A DNA stretch of 64,000 nucleotides from Chloropicon primus (taxonomy: Eukaryota), in the NCBI GenBank assembly GCA_023205875.1, contig CP060757.1, positions 186,001-250,000 on the forward strand, in the 5' to 3' direction. Positions 28,249 to 40,680 of the stretch are shown one piece after another. The notes under the pieces are model-generated. The model had not been told where the DNA came from and did no database searches. It saw only the letters and a list, made by a program, of their open reading frames with translations. A program made the translations under genes and the position numbers. Every line of letters starts with the position of its first letter. The first letter of the stretch is position 1.

Positions 28249-31200
28249 ATGGCGCCCAGGGGTGTCGGTCGTCGGAGGAGGAGGGAGGGGGGGAAGGTGC
28301 GGACGGAACTTCGAAAAGGGACGAGGGTGGAGGTTTTGTTTGACGACCCGCCGGAGTATTACGCTGGGACGGTGGAGAGAGTGACGCGGAAGGGGAAGGA
28401 GGGGAACTTGATGCATCACATACATTATGACGATGGAACGAGGGAGGACGTGAATCTGGATGCGGAGGACACGATGTATCGTGTGGTGGTGGAGGAAAGG
28501 GTGGTGGAGGAGGAGGTGGTGGAGGACAGCGTAGACGAAGAGGAGGAGGACGTGGTGCGCACGAGGAAGCGGTACAGGGGGAAGAGGGACGGAGGGAACG
28601 TCCTCGAAAGCACGAGCGACTGCGTGAACGACAGCCAAGAGGAGGAGGAGGGTCTGTCTCAAGAGGGGCTTGAGTATCGGAGGAAGCATCTAAGGATTGG
28701 GATTCGGCGTGCGCAGGATGCAAACGAGGGTTTGAAGCAGACCAGGGCTTCGCAGCACAGTGTCTCAAAGGCCGGGAAGGAGGAGGAAAGCCTCTGCATC
28801 CACGAAACGGACTGTGTGCTCGAAACTCAGGTCGTTGGATCTCCCCCTCCATGGGCGACAGAGGAAGCAGATCGAAGCCCTTTGGTCGGGAGCATAGATC
28901 CAAACTCCCAAAGGAACTCGGCGGTTGTCAGGGACAGCATGCCGATGCAAACGCTTACGCCAATCACCAGCGTGTCACCGGCTGTGGAAGACCACGAGTG
29001 TGTTCCGGAATCACCTTTCAGCGAGCACTTGGACGATGTTCGTATGACGATCGCAGATTCGCCATCATCCTCGTTTCCAGCCCTGCGGAGTCTTACTTAT
29101 ACGGCAGATCAGCAGAACGACAAAGCATCTGAGCAGCTCGTTCACGTCCAGCATCTGGCTGAGAAGCAGCAAACTCTGGACGAAGCCGTCCCCAGCACAT
29201 ACGATGATTCAGATGAAGTCGCCCGTGGTGCTTTGGCACCCGCTGAACATGATGTATCGGTAGACAACGCAAACAATGCGAGCAGCCTGTTCAAGTTTGC
29301 GAGCGGCAAGGCCGTGAACATTTCTGAGGATGCCCTCGCAAAGGCGAGGAGTTTCTTGGCGGATTCCCCTGGGGAGAACGGGGAGGATGCACTGACGGAC
29401 AAGACCAACGTGGTGGCTCATGATTCCGATGCGGGCAAGAATCCCAAGGATGCGAGTAGCCTGTTCAAGTTTGCGAGCGGCAAGGCCGTGAACATTTCTG
29501 AGGATGCCCTCGCAAAGGCGAGGAGTTTCTTGGCGGATTCCCCTGGGGAGAACGGGGAGGATGCACTGACGGACAAGACCAACGTGGTGGCTCATGATTC
29601 CGATGCGGGCAAGGATCCCAAGGATGCGAGTAGCCTGTTCAAGTTTGCGAGCGGCAAGGCCGTGAACATTTCTGAGGATGCCCTCGCAAAGGCGAGGAGT
29701 TTCTTGGCGGATTCCCCTGGGGAGAACAGGGAGGATGCACTGACGGACAAGACCAACGTGGTGGCTCATGATTCCGATGCGGGCAAGGATCTCAAGGATG
29801 CGAGCAGCCTGTTCAAGTTTGCGAGCGGCAAGGCCGTGAACATTTCTGAGGATGCCCTCGCAAAGGCGAGGAGTTTCTTGGCGGATTCCCCTGGGGAGAA
29901 CGGGGAGGATGCACTGACGGACAAGACCAACGTGGTGGCTCATGATTCCGATGCGGGCAAGGATCCCAAGGATGCGAGCAGCCTGTTCAAGTTTGCGAGC
30001 GGCAAGGCCGTGAACATTTCTGAGGATGCCCTCGCAAAGGCGAGGAGTTTCTTGGCGGATTCCCCTGGGGAGAACGGGGAGGATGCACTGACGGACAAGA
30101 CCAACGTGGTGGCTCATGATTCCGATGCGGGCAAGGATCCCAAGGATGCGAGTAGCCTGTTCAAGTTTGCGAGCGGCAAGGCCGTGAACATTTCTGAGGA
30201 TGCCCTCGCAAAGGCGAGGAGTTTCTTGGCGGATTCCCCTGGGGAGAACGGGGAGGATGCCCAAGGTGGTGTGAGAACAGATCTAGCTGTAATTAGACGG
30301 GTAAAGAGGGAAGACATGCCGCCTGTGTTTAACTTGAGTGAGGGCGTAGGGGAGAAGTGTGCGGGAAAATTTTTCTACGCACTGGAAGATGCAGGAAATG
30401 GCCAGAGAATTAGTTACAAGTCTCTAGAAGAAATGGATTTAAGATTGTTCGGACAGCAGAGGAGAAGGGTGTTGCACGACGACGGGCTGAAGCGAGCCCA
30501 GCTGTCTTGTACTTCCATTTGTGAAGGTGGTGGTGGGAAGATTGTGAGCAGCAAAGCTTTGTGCGACCTTATGATTGCTGAAGGCCACTCGCAGTGTAAA
30601 CCAGAATGGGTTGAACACCATCGCCGGATGATCGTGATGAAATTCATGAAGCTTGAGCTGCAATTCGAAAACATATTCAAGAACAGATTGGTGTGTGCAG
30701 AAGCCCTTTACAGCGAGCTCTGCCGAAGGTACAGAAAGGAGATTGTCCGAGGAAAGTGCTCTTGCATCCATCAGATCCTTATGCGAGAAGTTCCTTGTGA
30801 ACAGAGGATGATCCTGTCGGTAACCAGAATCATCAGTGCAAGTAAATTGGAACTTTCCGATGGATGGTACACAATCAATGGGCAACTTGACAAACTCTTG
30901 TGCTTGCAATTGAGCTTGGACAAAATTTTTGTGGGCAAGAAGCTTTGCGTCTCGACGTGCGAGCTTCACAATGCTCAGGAGGCCTGCCATCCCCTCGAGA
31001 TGGGCGAAGGCGTCTTCCTCTCTTTGAGCTACAATGGAGTTTTCCCTGCCAAGTGGAACGAAAGACTTGGTTTCACGCAGCGTAACATACCCTTGGTGGG
31101 CCTTCCCCAGGTCGAGCCACTGGGAGGCATCGTTCCATCCACGATTGTGCTGATTGAGAAGCAGTATCCTCTCATATTCATGGAGAAAAAAGAGGACGGG

Positions 31201-32097
31201 GCCATTCTTAAGCGCAACGAAGTTTCTGAGCAGGAAGCAAGAGACAAGTTTGATTATGCCAGGGATACTCTGAAGGAAGACATTCTGGAAAAGATGCAGA
31301 ATGATTGCAGGGAAGAAGATTTCTTGGATTCTGACAAGATGGATTCCCTGGCTCACGATTTCAACCAGAAGGTCGAAAAGGTTTTCAGGGAGCATTCATT
31401 GCTCGAGAGGAACGTCACCCCGCTGCTGAACCTTAGGGTTTCCCAAGTGCTGCCACCGCACAAGAAGTTCAAGAAGAGGATGGCCATCGTGTCTCAATGG
31501 AGACCCGCTGATGATCTGAAGGACCTCTTGAGACCGGGGAAGATTTTCAGGGTCTTTAATCTGATGCCAAAACCAAGCAGCAGCCCCGACATGATACAGC
31601 TCGACGGTACAAAAGCTACGCAGTGGATACCGATGGGGACTATGTCCGAGCAGAAACCTTATATCAAGTTTCAGATGAATGACGGGGCGTGCGAATCCAT
31701 CGAGTCCCTGGTGAGCCAGAGGAAGGGGCACGAGTTTGACTGTTCGGGAGTGCTGATAAGCGCTGAGAAGATTGACGAAAGCAATTTCTCTGTCTTCATG
31801 ATTACGCCAAGCCAACTGAAACCTGAGAACTCGGAGGATGATAGTTGGCTTTTGAGAGTGACAGTTCACAAGGAGTGCACGGGACTCAGAAATTTGAAGC
31901 AGGCCAAAATTTCTCAGACCTTGTGCTTCCAAAACCTCAGCTTCGATTTCGCTGATGAAAGGAATTGCGTGATCAACTGCAAGGCAGGCATCCAGTCCAT
32001 CTGCGCAAGGAAGGTCGCGAGGTCCAGCACCCTGCTAAGCTCTGACGAAATCCTATCCCGTCTGGGCGCACGGGTAATCAGTCTTTGTGGTATGTGA
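28249..32097 (+). CDS. BRCA2: BRCA2 homolog with N-terminal Tudor-like domain, six BRC repeats, helical domain, OB folds and short tower
   Basis: BRC FKFASGKAVNISEDALAKARSFL x6; helical domain WVEHHRRMIVMK; OB1 LELSDGWY; PAKWNERLGF; RNVTPLLNLRV and QWRP in OB2. Confidence 0.93.
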   Translation: MAPRGVGRRRRREGGKVRTELRKGTRVEVLFDDPPEYYAGTVERVTRKGKEGNLMHHIHYDDGTREDVNLDAEDTMYRVVVEERVVEEEVVEDSVDEEEEDVVRTRKRYRGKRDGGNVLESTSDCVNDSQEEEEGLSQEGLEYRRKHLRIGIRRAQDANEGLKQTRASQHSVSKAGKEEESLCIHETDCVLETQVVGSPPPWATEEADRSPLVGSIDPNSQRNSAVVRDSMPMQTLTPITSVSPAVEDHECVPESPFSEHLDDVRMTIADSPSSSFPALRSLTYTADQQNDKASEQLVHVQHLAEKQQTLDEAVPSTYDDSDEVARGALAPAEHDVSVDNANNASSLFKFASGKAVNISEDALAKARSFLADSPGENGEDALTDKTNVVAHDSDAGKNPKDASSLFKFASGKAVNISEDALAKARSFLADSPGENGEDALTDKTNVVAHDSDAGKDPKDASSLFKFASGKAVNISEDALAKARSFLADSPGENREDALTDKTNVVAHDSDAGKDLKDASSLFKFASGKAVNISEDALAKARSFLADSPGENGEDALTDKTNVVAHDSDAGKDPKDASSLFKFASGKAVNISEDALAKARSFLADSPGENGEDALTDKTNVVAHDSDAGKDPKDASSLFKFASGKAVNISEDALAKARSFLADSPGENGEDAQGGVRTDLAVIRRVKREDMPPVFNLSEGVGEKCAGKFFYALEDAGNGQRISYKSLEEMDLRLFGQQRRRVLHDDGLKRAQLSCTSICEGGGGKIVSSKALCDLMIAEGHSQCKPEWVEHHRRMIVMKFMKLELQFENIFKNRLVCAEALYSELCRRYRKEIVRGKCSCIHQILMREVPCEQRMILSVTRIISASKLELSDGWYTINGQLDKLLCLQLSLDKIFVGKKLCVSTCELHNAQEACHPLEMGEGVFLSLSYNGVFPAKWNERLGFTQRNIPLVGLPQVEPLGGIVPSTIVLIEKQYPLIFMEKKEDGAILKRNEVSEQEARDKFDYARDTLKEDILEKMQNDCREEDFLDSDKMDSLAHDFNQKVEKVFREHSLLERNVTPLLNLRVSQVLPPHKKFKKRMAIVSQWRPADDLKDLLRPGKIFRVFNLMPKPSSSPDMIQLDGTKATQWIPMGTMSEQKPYIKFQMNDGACESIESLVSQRKGHEFDCSGVLISAEKIDESNFSVFMITPSQLKPENSEDDSWLLRVTVHKECTGLRNLKQAKISQTLCFQNLSFDFADERNCVINCKAGIQSICARKVARSSTLLSSDEILSRLGARVISLCGM
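29281..30260 (+). repeat. Coding tandem array of 174-bp (58-aa) BRC units, 5 full copies plus 1 partial
   Basis: Unit starts at 29281, 29455, 29629, 29803, 29977, 30151; only a few substitutions between copies. Confidence 0.97.
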
Positions 32098-32349
32098 TCT
32101 ATGCCCAGCAGCCGTTATTTCAAATCCAAATATCTTCGCCTTTTCCGGAAGGAGTTGTGGAGGGAGAGGTCATGCTTCGATCACGGCCCGATCCACATCA
32201 CCATCCCTTGCCCCCATCACCGCCCCACCCCCCCCTCTCATCACCCACTGGATTTTCATCTCCATATGAGACCATACTATACGACGTATAGGGACGGAAT
32301 GTTCTGTCACTCGTCCGGGAAGGACGTGACGGATACGGAGGTTTAAAGT

Positions 32350-35300
32350 ATGAAAGACAACAGGCGTCTCCCTTGGGGAGAGCCGGGGGTGCTGGGCACC
32401 TTCTGGACGGCCGTCTTGCTCGCCTTGTCCCTGCTTGGCGTCCTTGCAGCCGCCGAAGTTGTGCCACCATCAGGTGTTGTCGTCAGAGACTTGTACACCC
32501 TGGATGGCACCAGCTTCGTGGTGGAATGGATTCCTCCTCGCTGCGTGGACGACGTGTACAATTACTGCTCGTTCACGCTGTACGTATTCGAAGTCAAACG
32601 GCTGTGGCAGATCCAGATTGTTGGTCAAAACATCCCGGGCATGCTCGATAACATGGACCAGTTCGCTGTGCAGATTATAGAGACACACACTGGTGAGGAC
32701 GTGTTGTGCACACGTTCCACCGACAAGAGAAAACAGGTTCGTGTTTCCCACAAAGTAACGGGTTTGGAGCCGTACACGGAGTACCTGGTTTACGTGAAGA
32801 GCAAGGAGGGAACTATCAGAAGTGCTGCGACTCCGAACGTAACTGCTACTCCGAGTTTTACGCCCAAAGGTTCCGGCAGAGAGCAAGCAAATATGGCTGG
32901 CCTAGACTTCACTCACGTTAAGTTCACATCGTGCTACGGTGCAGACGTGTGTGACACGATTGAAAACCTGAACGGCGGGAGCTTGAGTGAATTTTCTTAT
33001 GCTAGGTCTCCGCAGATACTGGTCTTCGACGCCGAAGGCGACGGCGACATGGATGTCCTCTTCGTGACCCAGGCCGACGCAGATTGGGAAGGGGGAGAGG
33101 GACAAGAAAACTGGTTCTTGAAGAATAATGGGACGGGCGGTTTCATTCGACCTGTTGAGTCAGAAGCTTGGCCAAGCGCAAGAAGCGATTCTCGAGGAGC
33201 TGTCGCTGGTGATTTTCGGGGTGTTGGGAGTATGGATGTTTTCATCGTGAACAGCAACGAACAGAACGTGTTTATGCTAAACCAGGGTGGGGATGGGAAA
33301 TCCTGGACAAACTCAACTGCAGGGGATGCGACGGCACTGGATAGGGACTCGCGCTCGGTCGTCGCTGGTGATTTTGATGGGGATGGAGATTTGGATTTGT
33401 TCATCGTGAATTATCGACAGAACAACGAGCTTCTGTGGAATAACGGGGACGGAACATTCACTGCCGCTACTGCAGCAGGTAACGATGCATTGTCGCACAC
33501 GCACAACACCTTGGGTGTTATTACTGCGTAAGTGAGAAAGCTTGTTTGGGATTGAACTCTGTCTTTGCGTTTCGGAACTAACCCCAAAATAAATTGGTTT
33601 TTTTGCTTTTCTCTTCGCGTCAAAGGGACGTCAATGGCGACGGCCACTTGGATCTTGTCGAGCTTGGTGGAACTGACTATTCTGCCAATGTCGCTTCTGA
33701 GGACAAGTACAACTTCTTGTACTTGAACGATGGGAGTGGTAACTTCCAGCTGTCTCCTGGGGGAGATCTTACGACATCAAACATGGAGTCCACGGATGCA
33801 ACGACCGGCGACTTCAACGGCGATGGCCACATAGACATCGTCGTGGTGAACAAGTTTCAGAGCCAAGTGAATGAACTTCTCATAAATGATGGCACCGGTA
33901 GTTTTACGCGGGTATCTGGCATGGACGCGAGCGGCTCAGCAAGTGCCGCGAAGAGAGTTACCTCCTGTGACTTGGACGGGGACGGTGACTTAGACGTCTA
34001 CATCACAGGCGGGCCTGATGTCTTCTTGCTTAACGATGGAACCGGAAACTTCACGGAAGTTTCTAACGTGTTCGCCGAGCAGAGTCAGAGTCATCCACCT
34101 GCGCCTGCATGCTTTGATGCAACGGGCAATGGGCTGATGGATTTGTGGATCGATAATAACAACCTAAACTTGAACAAGGGCAGCTTTCCCATGGTGTTGC
34201 ACACAGATGCTGGTGACGCGACGGCGTATAGGGACGCGTCGTATGATGCACAAGTCTTTGATGCGGACAATGATGGTGACATGGTAAGTTTTGGTGTGGT
34301 ACCACAGCATACAGAATCTTGTACTGACTTGCTTTCATATTTTTGTTCAAAGGACTTGCTTTTGGTGACGTCCGAGAGGAACATGTTATTGCTGAACGAC
34401 GGAACGGGTCACTTCACTGAAAAACCATTGCCGTCGCTTCATGGTGACGGTTATACGAGTTACAGTGCGGTGGTGTTTGACATTGATGGAGATGGCGACG
34501 ACGACATCTTCTTCTCAAGCTCCATGTCGGGGGGAACGTATGGCACAAAGAACGAAATTTTGCTTGGGGATGGCGATGGAACCTTTGAAGTTTTGCCAAA
34601 TGGATTGGAAAATATGCAGGGAATTAGGGAATTGCTTCAGGCGGGTGCTACTGCATCAATCGCGGCTGACTTCAATGGCGACGGAACCATCGATTTGTTT
34701 GTTTACACACAGCACACGTACACAAAGAATACAATCTGGATGAATGATGGCACCGGAAAATTTGAGGAAGGGGCAGAATTGACGAGAATAGGAAATTCCA
34801 GACACGCTGTCGCCTTAGATGCAGACATGGACGGTGATCTCGACATTTTCGCTGTCTATTATGACGAAGTCTGCGAGCTCTTGATCAACGATGGAGAAGG
34901 AGACTTTGTACCAAGCAGCGATTTTGGGGACGGAACCTCGCTGTCATCTACATGGAACAGGGCAGTCGCTGCAGATTTTAACGGGGACGGGATGACTGAT
35001 TTGTATGTTGGTGCGATGGGATACGGCGACAGAAACTTACTGTTACTCAGTAATGGCGATGGAACCTTCACTTCAGTACAGGAAGGCTCATGGTATGAAG
35101 ATACTGTGTACTATACCGGGGGACTGGACTACGGGTTTGACATTGATGGAGATGGAAGTGGTAAGTGTGCAGAATTTTCATTCCAGTTCGAATTTGGGTT
35201 GACTGAGATTTCTTTTCAAGTGGATTTGCTTTCGCTGGTAAACTTAGAGTCTGGTGCGATAAAAATCTTCCTCAACGACGGTTCAGCAGAGTTTACGTAC

Positions 35301-38300
35301 CCAACGCACATCTTAGAACAAGCGCAACAAAATGGGTTCATAGATTGTGTGGCTGGCGACTTTGATGGTGATGGCGACCTCGATTTGTACGTCACGTCAC
35401 CGGAGTATGATTATAACAGGCTGTACTTGAATTGTGGAACAGGTGAGAGGTCCAACTCGATCGATCTTTGACTCCTAGTGGTCGTTCACTGACACTGACT
35501 CTGCGTCTTCTTCGGCAGGTTACTCACTCGTACCGGGTCGAGGAAACTGCGTAGCATCCTCCTTTCCACCAGTAGTCTCAGGAATTACTCCAGATTCCTC
35601 AGATACAAGGGGTGGGGGTCTGGCTATCATTCAAGGGCGGTTCGGAAGTGACCCCAAGGGCTCTGTGACCATTGGCGGTAATCCTTGCATGGTTACCAGT
35701 TATGTGGGGATGGGATTGTGGATATGCGAGGTTCCAGAAGGAAAGTCAACGGATTTGGAGGTCAAAGTACAGAATTATGGCCATGTTGGTGTCGCCGATT
35801 TTGAGTTTTCTTACGAAAGCCCCAGAATAAGACAAATCACACCACAGTTCTTCGAAAGAATCGAAGAACAATCCTCATTCGCAGGAATGACGTTTACCAT
35901 CCATGGCGACAACTTTGGATCATCTGATACAGAAAAGACAGTGACTATAGGAGGAGCAGGTTGCGAAATTATGGCATCCGTTGTTGGTAACGCTCATCAA
36001 AAGATAGTTTGTGAAATATCAACACTTGGAGAGAACTGGGAACCCTCTTTTCTTTCGGCAGGGGTGCTTGAGGTGAATGTGTCGGTAAGCGGCCAATTCG
36101 ACAACACTGCAAAAGTGTGTCAAGAAGCAGAACCCGGCAGCTCGAAGTGCTTGTGTCCAGAGGGACAAGAATACGAAGATGATGAATGTGTCAGTTGCAC
36201 TGCAAACCATTATTCAGATGGCACAATGTGTATGGCTTGCCCTCTAGGGTCTGTAATCCCTGCGAACGAGAACAGCGAGAACACAGGAGCTGGAGCTGAA
36301 TCTGATGCCTGTGTGTGTGGCGTAAATGCTGCACTGAACACTGGTACTGGTCGCTGCGAGTGCAAAGCAGGACATGGTGGTGATGCCACGGTGGCCAACA
36401 TTGGTTGCGGTGAATGTGGCATTCTTGCTTACAAGGGTGACATGGGCAATACACAATGCACCCCATGCCCTGGAGGATCTTCCATAGCTGGTGGGGTCTC
36501 CAATTCCACTGAATCTGATGCCTGTGTGTGTGGCGTAAATGCTGCACTGAACACTGGTACTGGTCGCTGCGAGTGCAGTGCAGGCTATGGCGGTGACGCC
36601 ACAGTGGCCAGTCTTGGTTGCAGCGCTTGTGGTACTGGAGCTTACAAGGGCTCTATGGGCAACACGCAATGTACCCCATGCCCATCTGGATCGTCTATTG
36701 TTGGTGGAGTCACCAATGCCACTGATTCCGAGTCATGTGTCTGTGGAATCAATGCAGAGCTAAATGACGCAGGCGATCGTTGCGAGTGCAGTGCAGGGCA
36801 TGGTGGTGATGCCACGGTGGCCAACATTGGTTGCGGTGAATGTGGCATTCTTGCTTACAAGGGTGACATGGGCAATACACAATGCACCCCATGCCCTGGA
36901 GGATCTTCCATAGCTGGTGGGGTCTCCAATTCCACTGAATCTGATGCCTGTGTGTGTGGCGTAAATGCTGCACTGAACACTGGTACTGGTCGCTGCGAGT
37001 GCAAAGCAGGGTATAGCGGTGACGCCACAGTGGCCAGTCTTGGTTGCAGCGCTTGTGGTACTGGAGCTTACAAGGGTGATGTTGGAAATACTCAATGCAC
37101 TCCTTGTCCATCTGGATCGTCTATTGTTGGCGGAGTCACCAATGCCACTGATTCCGAGTCATGTGTCTGTGGAATCAATGCAGAGCTAAATGACGCAGGC
37201 GATCGTTGCGAGTGCAGTGCAGGGTATGGCGGTGATGCCACGGTGGCCAGTCTTGGTTGCAGCGCTTGTGGTACTGGAGCTTACAAGGGTGATGTTGGAA
37301 ATACACAATGTACTCCTTGTCCCGCAGGATCGTCTATTTCTGGTGGAGTCACCAACGCCATTGATGCTGCATCATGTGTCTGTGGAATCAATGCAGAGCT
37401 GAATGACGCAGGCGATCGTTGCGAGTGCAGTGCAGGGCATGGTGGTGATGCCACGGTGGCCAACATTGGTTGCGGTGAATGTGGTACTGGAGCTTACAAG
37501 GGTGACATGGGCAATACACAATGCACCCCATGCCCTGGAGGATCTTCCATAGCTGGTGGGGTCTCCAATTCCACTGACTCTGATGCCTGTGTGTGTGGCG
37601 TAAATGCTGCACTGAACACTGGTACTGGTCGCTGCGAGTGCAAAGCAGGACATGGCGGTGATGCCACAGTGGTGAGCATCGGTTGCAGTGCGTGCGGCAT
37701 TCTTGCTCACAAAGGTACAGTCGGGAACACGCAATGCACCCCTTGTCCCGCAGGATCGTCTGTTTCTGGTGGAGTTACCAATGCCACTGATTCTAGCTCG
37801 TGTGGTTGTGGTATCAATGCAGAGCTGAACGAAGTGAGCGGTCGTTGTGAGTGCAGTGCAGGCTATGGTGGCGACGCCACGAATAGCTTAATTGGTTGCA
37901 GTCCATGTGGCATTCTTGCTCACAAAGGTACAGTCGGGAACACGCAATGCACCCCTTGTCCCGCAGGATCGTCTGTTTCTGGTGGAGTTACCAATGCCAC
38001 TGATTCTAGCTCGTGTGGTTGTGGTATCAATGCAGAGCTGAACGAAGTGAGCGGTCGTTGTGAGTGCAGTGCAGGCTATGGTGGCGACGCCACGAATAGC
38101 TTAATTGGTTGCAGTCCATGTGGCATTCTTGCTTACAAGGGTGCTAAGCGCAATGCCCAATGCACTCCTTGCCCTGCAGGATCGTCTGTTTCTGGTGGGG
38201 TCTCCAACGCCACTGATGCTGCATCATGCGTCTGTGGTATCAATGCAGAGATGAATGTTGCCACTGGTCGTTGCGAGTGCAGTGCAGGACATGGCGGTGA

Positions 38301-40680
38301 TGCCACGGTGGCCAACATTGGCTGCAACATCTGTGGCACCAGCGCATTCAAAGGTGATGTGGGTAACGTGCAATGCACCCCATGTCCCTCTGGAAGCACG
38401 GTGCGCGACGGGGTAACAGCGACCAGCATGGAAGAATGCGTTTGCAATATTGGAACGGTGACAATGGGTAGTGCGGATACTTCTCTCTCATGCCAGTGCG
38501 CTCCTGGTTACTTTGGCTCTTCGCTTGATAACACGTGTGACTTGTGCCCTGTGGGTGGCTACAAGGACACGCCGGGAGATGCTGTAGCGTGCATGCCGTG
38601 CACAAGCAAATTGGGAGAGGGTGCCACCACGCCGAAGCAAGGATCGCTTTCTTCCGAGGAATGCGTGTGTGGAAACGGGTATTACATGCACCGGGGAATG
38701 TGCATGCCTTGCGAAGTAGGGGCCTTGTGCCCTGGCGGCGACATCAGTAGCATGATCGCCCTTCCAGGGTTTTGGAGATCGGACCCTGCTTCCACTTCGT
38801 TCTTTAGCTGTGAGAGTCCCAACGGCTACACCCTCTGGTAAGTATCGCCACCTTTCCTCTCTTTCTAGTAGCTTATCTCCAGTCAGTCTAACATCACCTT
38901 TGCGCCTTCTGTTCTACGCCTCAGCATGGGAGGAGCTTCCAACCACACGGGAAGCGGAGCTTCTGGACCCCTGTGCCGAGAGGGGCACGAGGGCCTCTTG
39001 TGCTCCAAATGTACGAAAGGGTATGGCAAGACTTACGGAGTTTGCGCCAAGTGCGATTCCTCCTTCAGTGCCAGCGGCATCATTTTCGTCTTGTTTGCGA
39101 TCTTTGCTTTTTTCGCCTTGCTCTACGGATTAGTCTCCAACAACCTGAGGAAGGCCACTGCACATGCCAACTCAAAGGACGAAGAATCCATTGCTCTGAG
39201 TGTGGTGAAGATCATAATCAACTGGCTGCAGATGGCATCCATAGCCGCACAGGTCCGGGTGACCTCGAACGAGAGCATGGACAGGTTTTTCCAGATCCAA
39301 GATGTCTCGAACGTCTCGCCCTTTCAGTTCAGCAGCTTCAATTGCATGGTGCAGGCGGATTATTACGCCCAATTTTACTCGGCGCTGGCCATCCCCCCAG
39401 CTTGCGTGATCCTCGGCCTGTGCCTGACGGGGATCCACTTTTTGAAGAGGACCACCAAGAACATACGATTCGGGGACATGTTTGTGATGGTGAGCCAGAT
39501 GCTCTGGTTTTTCACTTACAGCATGGTGAGCCAGATTCTTCTCGGAATCTTCGAGTGCCGCGATTTGGACCGGGGTGTGTCTGTGTTGTCCGCAGACTTG
39601 TCCGTGCAATGTGAGACCTCCAAGCACGACTCTGCCGTGAAGTTGGGGTACATTTTCGGACTGCTGTACATTGTCGGCATACCTCTGCAAGTATTTGCCC
39701 AGCTCTACTGGTATCGAGGGAACCTGGCCGATCAGTCGGTGAAAGTGAGGTACATGTTCATGTTCCACAACTACCGGGAGGGACTTTACTGGTACGAGTG
39801 CGTCAACATGCTGAGGAAGATCGGCTTGGTCACGGCTTTGGTTCTCCTTCAAGAGGATCTCGGGACCCAAGTCTTCGCCCTGAGTGTGATTTCGATGACC
39901 TACTTGACCCTTCACGCTTACATCAAGCCGTACACTTCTCGGACGCTGAACGAGCTGGAAACCGCGGCTTTGTTCGTGACAGCCCTCACACTCAGCACGT
40001 GCAGCTTCTTTTACTCGAATCCGACGGGAACCGGGAACCCCGTCGTGGAGCATGGGTTGACCTGGAGTGTGATCGTACTGAGCACGTGCTTGCTCATTTG
40101 CAGTCTTGCAATTCTCGGCAAGGGGGGATTGGTCGCTTTCACCCGTGGGAAGCCTGCGGGGGGGAACTCCCAGCTGCCTTCCAAAATATCCAAGGAGTAC
40201 CTTAAGAGCGAAGACGCCGAGAATTGCGTTGGATCGCCATCCCAGTTCAAGTCCTTGCTTTCTCACGACGGAAATCTGTCTCATGAAGGAGATCCTGACA
40301 GTCCAGCAAGCTTGGCAACGAAGAAGGTTGTGATGGTAAATCCTCTGGCACAAAGCCAGTCTCAGAATGGGAGAATTACCCCACTGCCCTCTGCTGTCGA
40401 GAAGCATCTTCACCGCCTGAGCGGTGCGGGTGAAGGTGAGCCACGCGGGGAGCAATACTCCTCACCGCAGGTGAGCAACCCGTTGTATCCTGTGATTTCA
40501 AACCTCCCTGGGGAAGAGATTCACGTGCAAAATGACGAGGAGGCATCGCGCTTACCAGAAAAAGTGGTTCAGAAGTTCGGGACGACAACAATAACGCAGA
40601 CCTCCTCTGCAGACCACGAAAAGGTGGTCTCTAACGCTGGTGGAGTGGAGAATCCTTTGAGTGCAGACGCAAGCGATTGA
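32350..40680 (+). CDS. Giant receptor-like protein (~2646 aa): signal peptide, FN3-like domain, FG-GAP/VCBS repeats, IPT/TIG domains, Cys-rich repeats, multi-pass TM domain; exons 32350-33527, 33626-34283, 34353-35160, 35221-35442, 35519-38837, 38925-40680
   Basis: Five GT-AG introns join four ORFs in frame. VTGLEPYTEY (FN3-like), many DFDGDGDLD repeats, FTIHGDNFG (TIG), CTPCP repeats, and GFWR..C / KIIINWLQ / YWYECVNMLRK in the TM region. Confidence 0.85.
36298..38430 (+). repeat. Coding tandem array of ten 213-bp (71-aa, 8-Cys) units
   Basis: GAATCTGATGCC at 36298 and 36511 gives the period; ten CxCG(I/V)NA...RCEC...CTPCP units in the translation. Confidence 0.95.
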
